From Paraspadella gotoi (Eukaryota; Animalia; Chaetognatha), in the NCBI GenBank assembly GCA_051294375.1, contig CM119263.1, positions 17,756,628-17,820,627 of the forward strand: a stretch of 64,000 bases of DNA. Direction: 5' to 3'. The position numbers and the translations under genes are program-made. Of this stretch, positions 1-13,933 are shown piece after piece. The notes under the pieces are model-generated. The model did no database searches. It saw nothing but the letters and a program-made list of their open reading frames with translations, and was not told the DNA's origin. The number at the start of each line of letters is the position of its first letter. The stretch's first letter is position 1.

Positions 1-3000
1 GTGTCTCGGTCGGGAGGGATGAGCAACGAGCTGAACAATATTGGTGAGATACAACATTCCTCTCCAAAATACAGATTCAGAAGGCTTCATATTATAAAAT
101 GTGGTACCCCTTTTTTGTGACCAGAACACGTTCCGAGAAAACTATTGAATAGATTTTAATGAAATTTGGTATGAACGATCCCTATGTGAATACAAATTGA
201 AATATTGAGGCGAATTTCAATATTTGACCCCTGAGCCATGGGGGCAAAAAATGTTCAAAATTTGTTTTTAATTTTTTATTTTTTTTTGTTTTGAACAGTT
301 GCCCAGACGTTTACTCTTCCACAAAAATGTATTTATTTCCACAAAAATATTAGTTTACCATAAGTTTCAGCTTTATGAACATCAGCTGTTCAAGTCAGAT
401 TTGGAATAATTCAGGAAAATTTTGAGAAAACACCGATTAATTAGCAAAAAATTTATTAATTTTAGTTTTAAAAAATACTTTTATATGTTTAAACATCGAT
501 GAACCTGATTCTACTAAAAAATGATAAAAAATGAAAAACAATTTTTAGCCTTTTTTGGCCCCCCAGGGGTCCAGCCCCAGGGCCCTGTATCTCTTGTCAG
601 GGGTTGATTATTAAAATTTGCCTCGATAGTTCCATTTATATTGTCATTAGAACTCTAAATGTAAAATTTCATGAAATTTGATCCGGTAGTTTGGTGGGAA
701 CAGATTCTGGTCACAAAAAAGGGGTACCACATTTTATAATATGAAGCCTTCTGTATTTATTATTTGTTGTTCCGGTATTCAAGTGAGTCGAAACACCAAC
801 GGGGTCTACGAGGGCGTGGCCATTGGTGGCGATCGCTACCCAGGCTCCGCTTTCATGGACCACATAGTCAGATACAACAGCGACCCTCAATGCAAGATGA
901 TCGTCGTTCTCGGCGAGGTTGGTGAATACTGAAGAGGGATAGGAGAAGGGGGTTGGGTGTCGATGAATCAAGAAAAAAAAATAAACACAGTATGGCAACA
1001 ACCGGGTTGCCTGTGATGCCTATTGGGATGGGGCATCTCACTGTTGGCTTTGGGTGCTTCCTACCCTCAGGGACGACTCCAGTCACTGGCGCGGTTACCC
1101 TAGGACGGTCTCGCTTTGCCAACGAAGAGGGAAGTCGTTAGGACTGTGGATGGAACACAACGCCTGTGATGGTGTGTTCTCCCTCTGAGCCAATGGTATT
1201 GGCTGAACGATCGTGGATGTGAGGTGGTGTGAATATACCACCACAACTGAAAAATTAAATCGTCATCTTTCGTAATAATAGAGGCCGAATCAGTCTTACT
1301 ACCCCGAAATAGATTCAAAAAAAGTGTGAAGCCAGGGTTTATACCATATTATTGGGAACGCTGAATTATTAAATATGGGTGTTAGGTTGGTGGCATAGAG
1401 GAGTACGCCATTTGCGATGCCATTGCCTCAAAGCAAATCACGAAACCACTTGTGGCTTGGTGTATCGGCACGTGCGCCACTCTGTTCACGTCGGAGGTTC
1501 AATTTGGACACGCAGGTTCGGTCAATGTAACAAATATGTGATCTGATAAATTTAACTCAAAAACATATTTAACTTAAAGGCTAATTGGTCGATTTAAAAA
1601 TATTTAAGGTTACAAGCTTTATTTCATATCATCTTGATAGGTGCCTGCGCCAATGCGGTTCGCGAAACGGCCGTGGCAAAGAACGCGGCCCTTAAGAAAG
1701 CGGGTGCCCACGTCCCAAACTCGTTTGACGAATTGGGAGAGCTCATTAGGGACGTTTACGAAAGTAATTTTTTCTTTTCTGCAGTCTAAGCATCTCCAGA
1801 CCGTAGGCTCTCCTACTAAAATTTTGTGCTTCGGTGACAGGTCTGGTGGATGCGAAGATTATCGTGCCCCAGCCAGAGGTGCCGCCGCCGACGGTGCCAA
1901 TGGACTACAATTGGGCGCGTGAGTTGGGATTAATTCGTAAACCCGCCTCTTTTATGTCTTCCATCTGCGACGAGCGTGGCCAAGAACTACTTTACGCCGG
2001 GATGCCAATCACAGAAGTGTTCCAGGTTTGGGCTCAGGCGATAAACGTCTCTTTGCCTTACGAATCAGTCACGCACCCTTGTCTTCAAACCAGCAAAATA
2101 TCGGTATTGGCGGAGTCCTTTCGCTGCTGTGGTTCCAGCGACGACTTCCCAATTATGCAACGGTGTTCATTGAGAAATGCCTCCAGATTACTGCTGACCA
2201 CGGACCCGCCGTCTCAGGCGCACACAACACTATAGTTTGTACGCGCGCCGGCAAAGACCTCGTGTCTTGCCTTGCTTCGGGGCTGCTCACCATCGGCGAC
2301 CGGTTCGGTGGAGCGTTGGATGGGGCTGCTAAACAATTTACAGAGGGTAAAGTTAGTCATAATAGAGTATTGGCAGGGAGTTCCAACTTTTTAACCAAAT
2401 CTATATTAGGCTATGACGGCAACATGGAACCTCATGACTTTGTAAATTACATGAGGAAAAAGGGCCAACTCATTATGGGCATTGGTCATCGTGTGAAGAG
2501 CATCAATAATCCCGACATGAGGGTGGTTATTCTCAAGGAGTTCGTCAAGGAGAACTTTTCTCAAACCCCTCTGCTGGATTACGCCCTAGAGGTAAACCAA
2601 TAAAGTTTTGGATAAAATTGTTTCATCCCTTCTAAAATTTTTGCTTGCTTACAACCAGGTCGAGAAAATTACGACTGCTAAGAAGCCTAATCTTATACTC
2701 AATGTGGACGGGCTGATAGGGGTGGCCTTCGTCGATCTCCTGCGTCACTCGGGCTGCTTTACTCGTGAGGAGGCAGACGAGTACATCGACATCGGTGCTC
2801 TAAATGGTCTCTTCGTTCTCGGTCGCAGCATGGGTTTTATTGGTCACTTTCTGGACCAGCGGAGGCTCAAACAGGTGAATATCGTTGATCAAAGATCAAT
2901 TTCTCTGTGGGTTTCGGGCAACTGGCTCTAGAATTCTGATTTATTAGAGAATTGTTAAATTGTTAAAAATGGTTTTCTTAGGGACTCTACCGACACCCTT

Positions 3001-3053
3001 GGGACGACATTGCTTATATCATGCCCGACAAGCCCGACTACAACGCTCAGTAG
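1..3053 (+). CDS. ACLY: ATP-citrate lyase, 3' portion (5' end upstream of window)
   Basis: Exons approx. <1-43, 784-917, 1386-1515, 1641-1763, 1841-2025, 2094-2346, 2410-2591, 2659-2874, 2982-3053 (TAG), with GT-AG introns. The spliced product contains [31 protein letters not shown] (catalytic His), [23 protein letters not shown] and [10 protein letters not shown], colinear with metazoan ACLY. Confidence 0.98.
78..753. mobile_element. MITE/foldback element filling an ACLY intron
   Basis: 49-bp perfect inverted repeat: CAGAAGGCTTCATATTATAAAATGTGGTACCCCTTTTTTGTGACCAGAA at 78-126 and its reverse complement at 705-753. The repeat extends imperfectly inward; the interior is non-coding. Confidence 0.8.
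991..1245 (-). mobile_element. 255-bp solo-LTR-like element, copy 1 (carries a degenerate twister motif), antisense in ACLY intron
   Basis: Its reverse complement aligns end to end with 33791-34045 and 23562-23815. Ends are TGTGG...GCCATA; flanks in element orientation are CAGT/CTGT (4-bp TSD, 1 mismatch). Confidence 0.85.
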
Positions 3054-3915
3054 TTATATATTTAGAATATATACGGAAGAAAGCCCTTTTTTTTAGGTAG
3101 ACAATCCAACAGTTTCTATCTAGACGTATTGAAGCGATACACCATAATAACTAAGGCGTAGTAAAAATTCTAAATTAAACTTTAATTAAAATTCTAAAAG
3201 TGAGGATGAACAACATTATAATATATATTAATGAACATATATGTATTAAAAAAAATTATTATAAATTTTAAAATTTACGCAGTAGGCCATATTTATACAT
3301 AGTACTCATCCAATAGATGTTAAAATTTTAAAATAGTTTTAATTTTAATTTTAAAAATAGAATTTTATATATTAAATGTTTTTTTAAAACTTGATTTTAT
3401 AAGGAAAGTAAAAATTAAGAAATTAAAACACATTAATTTTTTTTACAAATTAATGTTCACTGATGGTATGTTGTTTATTATTGATTTTTAGAATTTTCGT
3501 ACGTAACTTTCACTACGCTCTAGTAATAACTTTCCTTCGAACCTTGAATTTAATCTTTCTTTGTAAGTGAATTTGTGCTCCCCATACAATATAGTACTGC
3601 CTATAAAATATTTAGCCTAATTAGTAATTAGACTACTTTTTTTAGAACATATTCGGATATTTAAGTCGTGCGGTTTAAATCCCTTCATGTAAAAAAAGTA
3701 ATATTAGTTTTATTGTTAGTTTGATGAGTTGTTTCTAGATATTAGTGTATATTCGTAAAGTTTCCTTTCTTTTCGTTGCTTGAGTTACAAAGTTGTAGAG
3801 ATTTTATTTTCATTTAAACGAGTTAACAACTTAACATGTATTATCGGACATGTTTCGGTTTAATTTTAAACCTTCTTTTGCGCGTTTGACAAATTGTGAA
3901 AAAATTTTAAGGAAA

Positions 3916-3919
<4 letters not shown>

Positions 3920-3969
<50 letters not shown>
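3920..3969. repeat. (GA)n microsatellite
   Basis: About 25 consecutive GA units. Confidence 0.95.
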
Positions 3970-3971
<2 letters not shown>

Positions 3972-6832
3972 TCACTATACTTTTAAGATTTTTTTAAATA
4001 TTTTTAAAATTTTAACGATTAATGTCTTGATGACTTCTTCTCAGATTGTGTTTAATGAATTATTCTTCTGAACCCTTAGGATCGAACTCAATTTTGCATA
4101 GAGGGGGGTGGGAAGTCTTATTGTTATGCATGTTAAAAGAATAATTTAGTCACGATTCTTCCACAGAAATTTTCTCGACTCTGGTGTTTGTTATAATTTT
4201 TCAGATTTTATGAATCTTGTTACCCTCAAAACGACGATATTTTTTGGGGGGGAAGTCTTAAGGTGCAATATCGGCTTTGCAATTACTAAGGGGCACGACG
4301 CATATTTCTCAACTAACGATTTAACAAAATTATTTAACATTTATGGACGAATTCTATTGTAACGTAGTTTGTGATGATTATTTTCTAATAGAATTGTCGG
4401 CCTGTTATAAACAAATTAATTAGCACTAGCTTTAATATAACCGTATATTTGTCGCCTATAAAATTTACTGTGGATTACTATATTTTTATTATTTTCGAGT
4501 TATCGAACTTACTGCCTTTTTGTGGTCATTTGCTCATTCCACGTTTTTTTCCGTCCATTCATAATATTCTTGTTCGATCTTTTATACCAAGTAAAGTTAT
4601 TTTTTTTACCAATATAGTTCATTAAATTTTTGTACTTTCCATTTGATCAGTGATAATCATCCGATATATGCCTTATTTTTTTCTCGCTATTCGCATTTTC
4701 GACTCTTTCGCGGCATTATTAACTCGACCAAAGTAAATTTGGGTTACTTTTATCAAGACGTAAATATTGTACTTTAAAACTTTGTATTATTAATATGTAG
4801 TATTACTAAGTTTCTAGTCTCTATTTAATATGTAAGAGTCTCTTCCACCTTTTAGATTTTGTAAATGTAATCGAAAATGTAGCAGTGACTCGCTTTCTAG
4901 TCACCGGTCCCTATGCATCATGCTAACGGTTCCATTGCTTCTCGTTGGCTCTGCTTCTGCCTTCGTCCTTATTTACTGTGTTTCCCTCTTTCGGTCCTAT
5001 CCTGGTTCCACTCGCTCTTCCTCATCTCATAGAAGAATTATCCATTTAGCCTCCCTCTTCGCGTGCTTGAGATATTGCCCATTACGTAATAGAGACATGA
5101 ACATTTTTGGTTGCTGGTGATAATATTAATAATGGTAATAATCTTAAATTTCAATTTCTTATAAAATCGTTTTTCAGCAGCAACATTTTTTTAGAATTTT
5201 TTTAATCGGTTCTCATCCCTTAGTCTATTCTTTTTATTGTTTTAACATATTATGAGCGCACAAGAAAGCTTGTTTTTTTATTTTGTATCAATATTTTGGT
5301 TGCCACTTCAAAATGAATCCCAATTTTTGTATTGTTTCACTATTTTCTATTTTTATATTTTATGACGGCGTTACTATTTAATCTATATTATTTAATTATA
5401 TATATATTGCTTTTTTTTTTAAATTGACTTATCATTATATTCTAATATCTCTTTTTGGGAGGGGGGGTCAGTGTTGTCTTCTGGAAATAGAGGGAACATC
5501 TATACAACACAAGGTTAGATTACATTTTTTCTTAATCCTACTTTTTAATTAGTTCTTTTTTGAATATTTTTTTTTATCATTTGTGTTTATACAATGGATT
5601 TCGGCTTTTAATCCCAATATCCAGGTATAGGCGAGCCATACCTTCATTGTTGCTTATCCTCTCTTTTAATATATTATAATATATATATACGTATAATATT
5701 ATAAGCAATTAGTTGATAATTATATAAAAAATATATCCGAATTTTTAATCCAAGTCAAAAACAGTTTGTACGGAAATATAATTTTTTTTAGGTTGAGATT
5801 TTGAGCAACGAAATTTATTACTTAGTACCAAATGTAATTTTTCGTCATTGAGTTTATTTTTTTACTGTTATAAAAAAATTTAATTAATGCTTTTTAATTT
5901 CGGTGGCAATAAATAATTATATATATCTGAATGATGGCAATGTATTTTTTTAAAGTCATGGTCATTTACTATTTACAATTACATGCCTATAAATTGCCTA
6001 TAATTTGTTGGTGAATAGTTAATGATTATTACTCGATTATGCTAAAGCAGAAGCTCATCAATATTCAAAAACTATTCCTCACTATTTTAGTCATTAGATT
6101 TATAATAGTTACTGCTTATCAATTTTTTCTCATATTAAGATATTAAGATATTAAATGTATCGCCTACTGAAATAGTGAATACTTATTTAGAGAATGAATA
6201 TAAACTATATTTTCATGCTTCATATTTATTAAATGATTGAAAAGGACTTACATTCGTTTTATTTTTCTTCAATAGGTGATAGATAAAACTTTTTAGTGTC
6301 CAAAATAGACTGATAAGACGAAAAATCATTCCCAATCAATTTCTAATCGAAGGTTCAAACTTCTATTCCTTAGTTGAAAATCATCGCTTGAATGAGAGGT
6401 AAATTTTTTATGGAGTGTGTTATTATTAGCTTATCGAAAACTACAAATTATTTTAGTAAATTTGTCAGGAGTGAAAAGTAAATAGTTCATACATTTGAAA
6501 TTTTGAATTATTTTTTTTTGTTAGTGTTACATTTTCGTTTCACGATTTATGATTAATTTTTCCCGTTTTGGTGTTTCAGCCCAGGAATAGTTTAAGGAAT
6601 AAGGTCTTTCTTTTTTTTCTCATCTTCGGGCCTCTATTTTTTTTAATTTTCACATTCCTAGACGGATCTAAAACGTCAGTACGAAAGCTGCCTCCTCCGG
6701 AGAGAAATCCCGAAACCCCAACGCTAAAAAAGAGTTTCAGAAAATATGTCTGATCAGGTGTTTTGCTTTGGGAACTCACGGGGATTAACGGACCATGTGA
6801 CTATATTCGCAATCTCTCTCCTTCAGGTCACA

Positions 6833-9800
6833 ATGCAGGAATCACTTCGCGAGTGGATGGCCTCGTGGGGGTCTTCGTGGGGATTTCCTTCGCTCAATCT
6901 CTCGCCGCTGTCGGTGGCGGGGCTGGCCGGGGTCGCCTTCGGCACTTCCGTCTACTTCATGTCGAAGCCGTTGGAGATGAACCCCGCCATCGCCGATCTC
7001 GACGTGTCCCGGGTCTCGGTCGACTCTGGCGACGGCGACCTTTCCCGCATCTCCACTCTTCTCAAGGATGATCGCCTAGTCGGGGCCGCATTCGGCACCT
7101 GCGCTACTCAATACGAATGCTTCCAACACGGCAAGCGGCGCTCCAACGATGGCAAATGCCTCGGATGGAGGCCCGGCCCTGGACAAGAGTACAAGTGGCT
7201 AAGCTATTCGCAGGTATTTACGACTAGAATTTTTTTTCTCGCACGCAAACGCAAATGTGAAAAAATGATCGAAAATCGATATTTATGTATGCCACTAAAG
7301 TTTCTTGGAAAAGGAGAGGAGTCAATGACTTTTAATTGCAGTAAATTCATTATTCTGATAAATTCTGTAAATTTCATTTTTATGTGTATCTCCACCGTCA
7401 CCACTCCTTGATTAGACGGAGCAACAAGCCAAGAACTTTGGCGCTGGTCTCGTAAAGCTGGGCTTTGTAAAGGACCCCAACACCTTTCTCGGCATCTACT
7501 CTCAAAACAATGTGCATTGGATGTTGGCAGCACTCGGATGCTGGATGTACTCTATGAGTGTGGTACCGCTTTATGACACTCTCGGAGCTGATGCGTGCGT
7601 ATTTATCGTCAATCAAACACAAATGTCTACAATCCTTTGCGACACGGCCAAAAAAGCCCTTTCCATTCTTGATAAGATTTTCGATTGCCCATCTATTAAA
7701 ACGATCATAATGGTGCAGGTATGAAGTGAATATTTAATCCCTTTTCGGGCATATTGGGCTATTAAAAAGATGCAAGTCTCCTATAATGAATTCCGTCCAA
7801 TCCGTTTCAATTTTTTTTCCTTTTTCTTAATGTTGTATCTTTAGTGATAATGCTCGCGCTGCCTTTTTAATTTGCCTAATATTTATTACTATAGCTAATT
7901 ACAAATAGAAACATAATTTATCTTTATTAATATAATTATTGTTTATTTAATTTAAAGAACACTTAATAATAAACTATTTATGAGTTATGAAAAGGTCAGC
8001 CAAAATAGAGATAATCTCTAAATCATTAATGTCATAATTATTCATAATTATATCAAATTATCACAAAATTATCTATGAATCAATTAAACTACTAAAAAAT
8101 TTAGAAAAGCATTGTAAAATCCAAAAATATACCTAATAATAAAATGGTACAAAAATCAATTGGTCTTTAAATTATTTACTACTATATGCAAATGAGATTA
8201 ATGAACTCAATCTCATTTAGTTTCATTCTAAGAATTTATCTCTTACACAATCAGTCGATAGATGAAGAAGAAGCTTCCCTAAAACAGCGCGCAAAAGATG
8301 CCAGAGTCAATTTGCTGTTTTTCGCCGACGTGGCAACTTTGGGTGAGACCTGCCCAACTGACATCAAGCCCCCAAAGCCCGATGATCTTGCTCTTATATG
8401 TTACACCAGTGGTACTACCGGCAATCCTAAGGGCGCCATGATGATGCACAAGAACTACAGGTTAACCATGATAGATTGTTGAACTCCCCCCATCCGAGTA
8501 GGTTTTTCGTTTTAAAAAAATGTAAATTGGTGTTATGAAAGTTTTTAGTTTTAAAAACTTTTTATCATTAATGTTTATTATTTTAGTAGTCTCTTAAAAG
8601 GGAATTTAAAAAAAGTTATCGTTGACGTTTCGTCAAAAAATGAGGGTAAATAATAAGTGAAGGATGACGGACAATGATGAAGGTGATTGATGGTTACGAC
8701 AAAGGTTCGATATAATATAATAATAATATAATTAACAGTTCGATAATTATTTGAAGGGTTTTTTCTTGAGTTTGCAATCCCGACCGTCGATCGCTCCGTC
8801 GGTTTCTCTGTCGGTCCTCTGTCCTCACTACTCGGGTTAAAGTCTAAGGTTGAAGTCAGGTCTGTGATTCGTCGGCTTTTTGATGATTCGGGAAGGAAGC
8901 GAACAATCTCATCACTAGGCTAACCAAGTCCGTCGATAGATCTATTCCGTTGATGTTACTATAATAAACCCTTTTTATGTAGTGTAACATAATTACACAA
9001 GAAAGGGAAATAGAGGTGGATGAGATGAAATATTTAAAAAAAAAAATTATCATTAAGCCACGTCAGACAACTATTATATATTAATGATTTATTCATAAAC
9101 ATTTCTTGATAGCGTTTCAAAAAACCGATCTTTTTTCGCCATCCTACCCTAGCGCTTGCGCCGCAGGACTCGAAGAATGGATTCGCCCGTTAAGCATGGG
9201 AGCTGAAGATACCCACATCAGCTATCTGCCCCTTGCCCATGTTTTTGAACAGGTGTGTTATGATATTTTTATCGTCGCAATCGCTTCCTACCTTTTTGTC
9301 GTCGCAAACGCAAAGCGAGATTTTGCTCTGGTTTTGCACATAAGTGGCGTCATCGTCGTTGTCGTCGGCGTTCCAAATTATAGATCGCCTTTTTTATGTT
9401 TAAATTTGGGTGTATGAAGCTGAAAATTTATATACAGCTTCTCATCATCGATGTGCTTAAAATTGAGTCTGAACAGTTATTAAATGTTTTGTTTACGTTT
9501 TATCAAAATTAACAAATTTTCTCTTTTATTTTTTTATTTCTTTCTCTCTCTTTTCTCTTTTAATTACATGTCTCTCTCCCTCTCTCTTTTCCCTAGTCAC
9601 TGATTCATAGGGGAAAAAAACGAGTCTGCAGGGGCTTTCTCTTTTTTCTCCTGCTGCTTCTGCTGCTGCCTTTTGAGTCTGCAGGGGCTCTTTTTTTCTC
9701 TTTTCTCCTGCTGCTTCTGCTGCTGCCTTTTGATTTCTTTCTTTTTTTCTCTCTGCGTTTTTATTAAAAAAAAATTGAAATAGGATTGAACTCGTAAAAT

Positions 9801-12444
9801 TAGGCATTGTATCAACTTAGTAATGGGTACTCTCCTGTGCGTCCTATTAGCGACAACCACTTTACTACGTTCAACAGAGTATATTAGCCATTATGTACAA
9901 CAAGTAGAAGGAGGAGTTTAATACCTAAATTATTTAAATACTTATTATCATTATAACTATCATTTAAACTATCATTTAAACTCACATCTTAGGCTTCCCA
10001 TAGACTAAGTGACATAATTTAGCATAAATTAAAGAAAAAGAAAAATAATTCAAATCTCGTTCTGCTCCGTGTCCTCGGCACCGCGTCTCTAAATCCCTAC
10101 GCGCGGATTCTTAGCGCCGGTTCGCTTAATCGGCGTCCCGACGCTAAGCGTCCGCCACGCCCAGCGCTATGCCAGCGGCGCGCATCGTGCCGTCTTATTA
10201 TACACATTGCATTCGTACATATTATCATTTTGCTATTGCAACATCAGGTTTTTATTTCTTTTTTTTTTCAAAAACTGTAACTTTAATTTATAATTTATAA
10301 AATATAATTTTTTTTCTGTTTATAAATTAATTTTTTTTTTTAATTTAATTTTTTTTAGTATCAAAATTTGTCGTCAATCCAGATTTTTCTTATGCGATTG
10401 CGACGATCCTTATGCTTTTAAGATATTTTTCTCAGGGGCTGCGTCTGCTGATCAGTTTATTTGACAATGACAATGACAAAAAACAAACTTTTTTTTCTTT
10501 TCTTTTTTTTTTTTAGAAACTGTAACTTTAATTTTCCTCGGTACTTTATTATTTTTTTTAATTGACAATCGCAAAATATAATTTTTTCTTTCTGTTTATA
10601 AATTAATTTTCTTTTCTCAAATTTGTCGTCAATCCAGATTTTTCTTATGCTATTGCGACGATCCTTATGCTTTTAAGATTTTTTATAATCATTGTATTAA
10701 TATTTCAATCAAAATCAATGATTTCAAACTTAGATTTAGGGGCTATAATGTGTTGACTGATTTTAGACGAATTTTTAAAAAAAATGTTTACCACTGAACA
10801 GGCCGTATGCATGACGGTGCTAGTCCACGGAGCTAAGATAGGCTTCTATCAGGGGGACATCAAACTCCTAACGGATGATATGCAGGCCTTAAAGCCCACC
10901 ATTTTCTCCACTGTTCCGCGGCTTTTGAACCGAATTTACGACACTATCCAGGTGGGTTTTCCTCATGGGTTTGATTAATTAAAGATTCCTCAATACAGTG
11001 TCTGGAAAGAATGGAAATCTGTACGCGAGTTTCTACGTTAAATTCGTTAATTTATTAAATCGTATTTTTAACACTCTTTTACCTTGGCGCCCGTCCAATG
11101 CCATCCAGGCCCGCGCAAAGGAGTCTGTCATCAAAGAGTTTCTTTTTAACTTCGCTTTACGCAAGAAAAAGGAGGAGATCTCAAGCGGAGTGTTCCGACG
11201 GGACTCTATCTGGGATCAATTGGCTTTCAAGAAAATTCACCAGCTTCTTGGCGGTCGGGTCAAAGCAATCTTTTGTGGCTCGGCGCCCCTTGACCCCAAC
11301 GTCATGGCTTTTGCCAGAGCGGCCATGGGAGCCTATGTCATGGAAGGTTTGACAATTTTTAATTACGAACAGTTTATTTTGTAGTTTTGGTAAAAAAAAA
11401 GCTAATGTCCGTCAACCTTTTTGAAATCATCCTATCTCGACCTTAGGATATGGTCAAACTGAATGCGCTGCTGTGGCGACCGTACAACGTATTGGAGAGC
11501 GAGCCTGTGGCGAGGTCGGACCTCCCAGCCCCTGCGTAAAAATCAAGCTCGTAGATGTTCCAGAGATGGACTGCTACGCTCGACAAAACAGAGGGGAGGT
11601 CTGCATCAAAGGGGACTCCGTCTTTGCTGGGTATTACAAGGTCGGTAATTTTAGTATTTCATTAAGGGTCAATGTACGTGTTGAGGCAACTATCGAGACG
11701 CAGTTCAGATCAAGAATGATTTTTTATTCGAACAAATAAAAAACGGGAACAAACAGTCATTAACGTAATAAGAATTGACCATTTGCCCATAACGAATAAA
11801 TATATAAACGGAGAGAGAGAGTTTTCGTGATCGCTTCGTCGGTGACTTGATCAGGTGCCAGTGTCAAGATTTCAATCCATGTATTTCCTATCACTTTTCT
11901 TAAGGATCCCGAAAAAACTAAAGAGGCTCTCGATGCTGACGGTTGGCTCCACACGGGAGACGTAGGGTCGTGGTCTGCGACTGGCAGTCTCAAGATCGTC
12001 GACCGAAAGAAGAACATCTTTAAACTGGCGCAGGGCGAGTACATCGCTCCAGAAAAGATCGAGAACGTGTACTCGCGATCGTCGCTCGTCGCGCAGATAT
12101 TTGTCCATGGGGAGAGCCTCAAGTCGTGTCTGGTGGCGGTGGTAATACCCGAGCGAACCGCGGTGGAAGCGTGGGCGGCCGAGCGAGGCTCGCCCTTCAA
12201 AGACTCCGACTACGAGACCGTCGTCGCAGGGGACGATCTAAAATCATCCATAATGAAGGACATGGAAAGACTGGCCGGAGAAAATGGCCTTAAATCATTT
12301 GAGTGCGTAAAAGACGTCCTCTTGTCGCCCGATTTGTGGACAGTCGATAACGGGCTAATGACGCCCACCTTTAAGGCGAAGCGGGTCGCGCTCAAGCGAC
12401 TTTTCCAGCGACAGATCGACAGAATGTACGAAGGATTGTGGTAA
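6833..12444 (+). CDS. ACSL: Long-chain fatty acyl-CoA synthetase, ACSL1/5/6 family
   Basis: Exons approx. 6833-7213, 7416-7718, 8255-8460, 9153-9252, 10802-10951, 11109-11346, 11447-11640, 11905-12444 (TAA). Contains an N-terminal hydrophobic anchor, AMP-binding [11 protein letters not shown], gate [50 protein letters not shown] and TPTFK. Confidence 0.96.
9266..10680 (+). mobile_element. Helentron-associated (DINE-1/HINE-like) non-autonomous element with duplicated 3' end, in ACSL intron
   Basis: Starts in a T-run. Subterminal IR ATCGTCGCAATCGC (9271-9284) / GCGATTGCGACGAT (10394-10407); the 3' block repeats at ~10620-10680; internal (GTC)n. The segment GGCGTTCCAAATTATAGATCGCCTTTT recurs at ~24947-24973. 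Confidence 0.6.
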
Positions 12445-13933
12445 CAATAAATTCCAGAGAAGATCCTCGAGTATTTTAATCTATAATTTTGATTTAATAT
12501 ATTGGTGAAGGGCATTGTAAGTGATAAAGATTTAAGGTATTTTAATGATGGTTACGATGCTCATCCCAAGAACCAATTATTATTATTTGTTTTTGTTTTT
12601 TTGTTGTTTTTTTTGTCATTGCGCGACGTCATTTCGGCAAATCCTTTTTAATTTTAACATATTTTAAAATCTCTTTTTTAATCAGTTTCTTTTTCAAATA
12701 CTAAAGCTATAAATTCCTTAAATTTAGTGACCCACCCTTCCTTCTACCATTTTTATTTTCTTAAGCCTTGGTAGACGACGCTGTACACACTAAATTTGGT
12801 TTTCTTGGAAATCAGTCTTCCCACTCTGTCTGATTCATGTGGTCTGTGGGGTTGTTACTTTCGCTTTTCCGATAATTTTAATCTAGCAATTTTTCCTTGA
12901 AAAACATTTATAAACTAATAAATATCTTAAACTATTGTTTTCTATTGAATTATTGAAATCAAAATTGTCTGGTAATTTTTTTAAGAAAATACCCTTTCAT
13001 AAAAACCCGGTTATTTCTCTGCTGAAAATATTGAACCGATAAGCTGACCGACTTGTGTCGCTGCAAACGATGACAATATTACTGATAGTCCCTATAGTAT
13101 TTAAAATCATATTGTAATAAGAATTCCAATAATTTTCCTTTGTTTCAGTTAAATCATGAGATATAAGTCTGAATTGTAGTATTGTTTACTTTTTTATGCC
13201 AAACTTGCACAATTATTTATTTTTTTTCGTTATCTCGTCTGGTCTGTTTTTTCTTTTTAAACAAAACAGTATTCCAGGTAAAGGAAAAGTTTTATAATTA
13301 TATTGACCCAAAATGCGATCTAAAAGTTTTCCCGATCTTAGTGTAAAAACTCTCGTGGTTTAATTTCGGTGGCCTAAAATTGTATAGTTTATCTTAGTCT
13401 TGTACTTAGCACTTAATTTATTAATTTATAATTTTCACGCATTACCACTTTTTTTTTCTTCGCGTCAGGGGTCGCTTTTCGCTTCTTAATTTTTGTGCAA
13501 CAGTGATTAGTTATAAGCTGGTCTAAAATTGTACTAGCGAGGTTTATTTTATTGTAAAAAAAATATTGAAATAAGTGCCATTCCATCTTGAAAATTCAAA
13601 AAATCTTGTCACCTTTTTTTTTTGTTTTTTTATTTCTGTTTCGCAGCCATCATTCGAACATTCAACAATTTAGTTACTCATCCGCAATCCCAGCTAAAAA
13701 CAGGTCTTCAAACCCGACTGAAAAAAAATTGAAGCAATGTAATTGAACTAAAAACTCATTTGAAGCCGTGTCGTCTAAAAATCACGTTAAATATTATTGT
13801 GGGAAAACTCACTATTTTGTTTTAAAAAATTGCTGTCCTATTATCATCGTGATTTTTCAGTTTTAGGCTCTAAAACGCCCATATGTATTATGTAAGCTCT
13901 CATTAAGAACATGTTTTGCGAAATTATTTGACG

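Noticed and set aside
8871-8927. Hairpin with TGATGA (C-box or hammerhead-like on the minus strand)
   Set aside because: Both hammerhead core boxes would need mutations, stem I is missing and there is no suitably placed D box.
8461-10801. Mutually exclusive F/Y gate exon as in vertebrate ACSL6
   Set aside because: Only the Y-gate exon (9153-9252) is visible; the flanking introns show no second LPLAH-coding segment.
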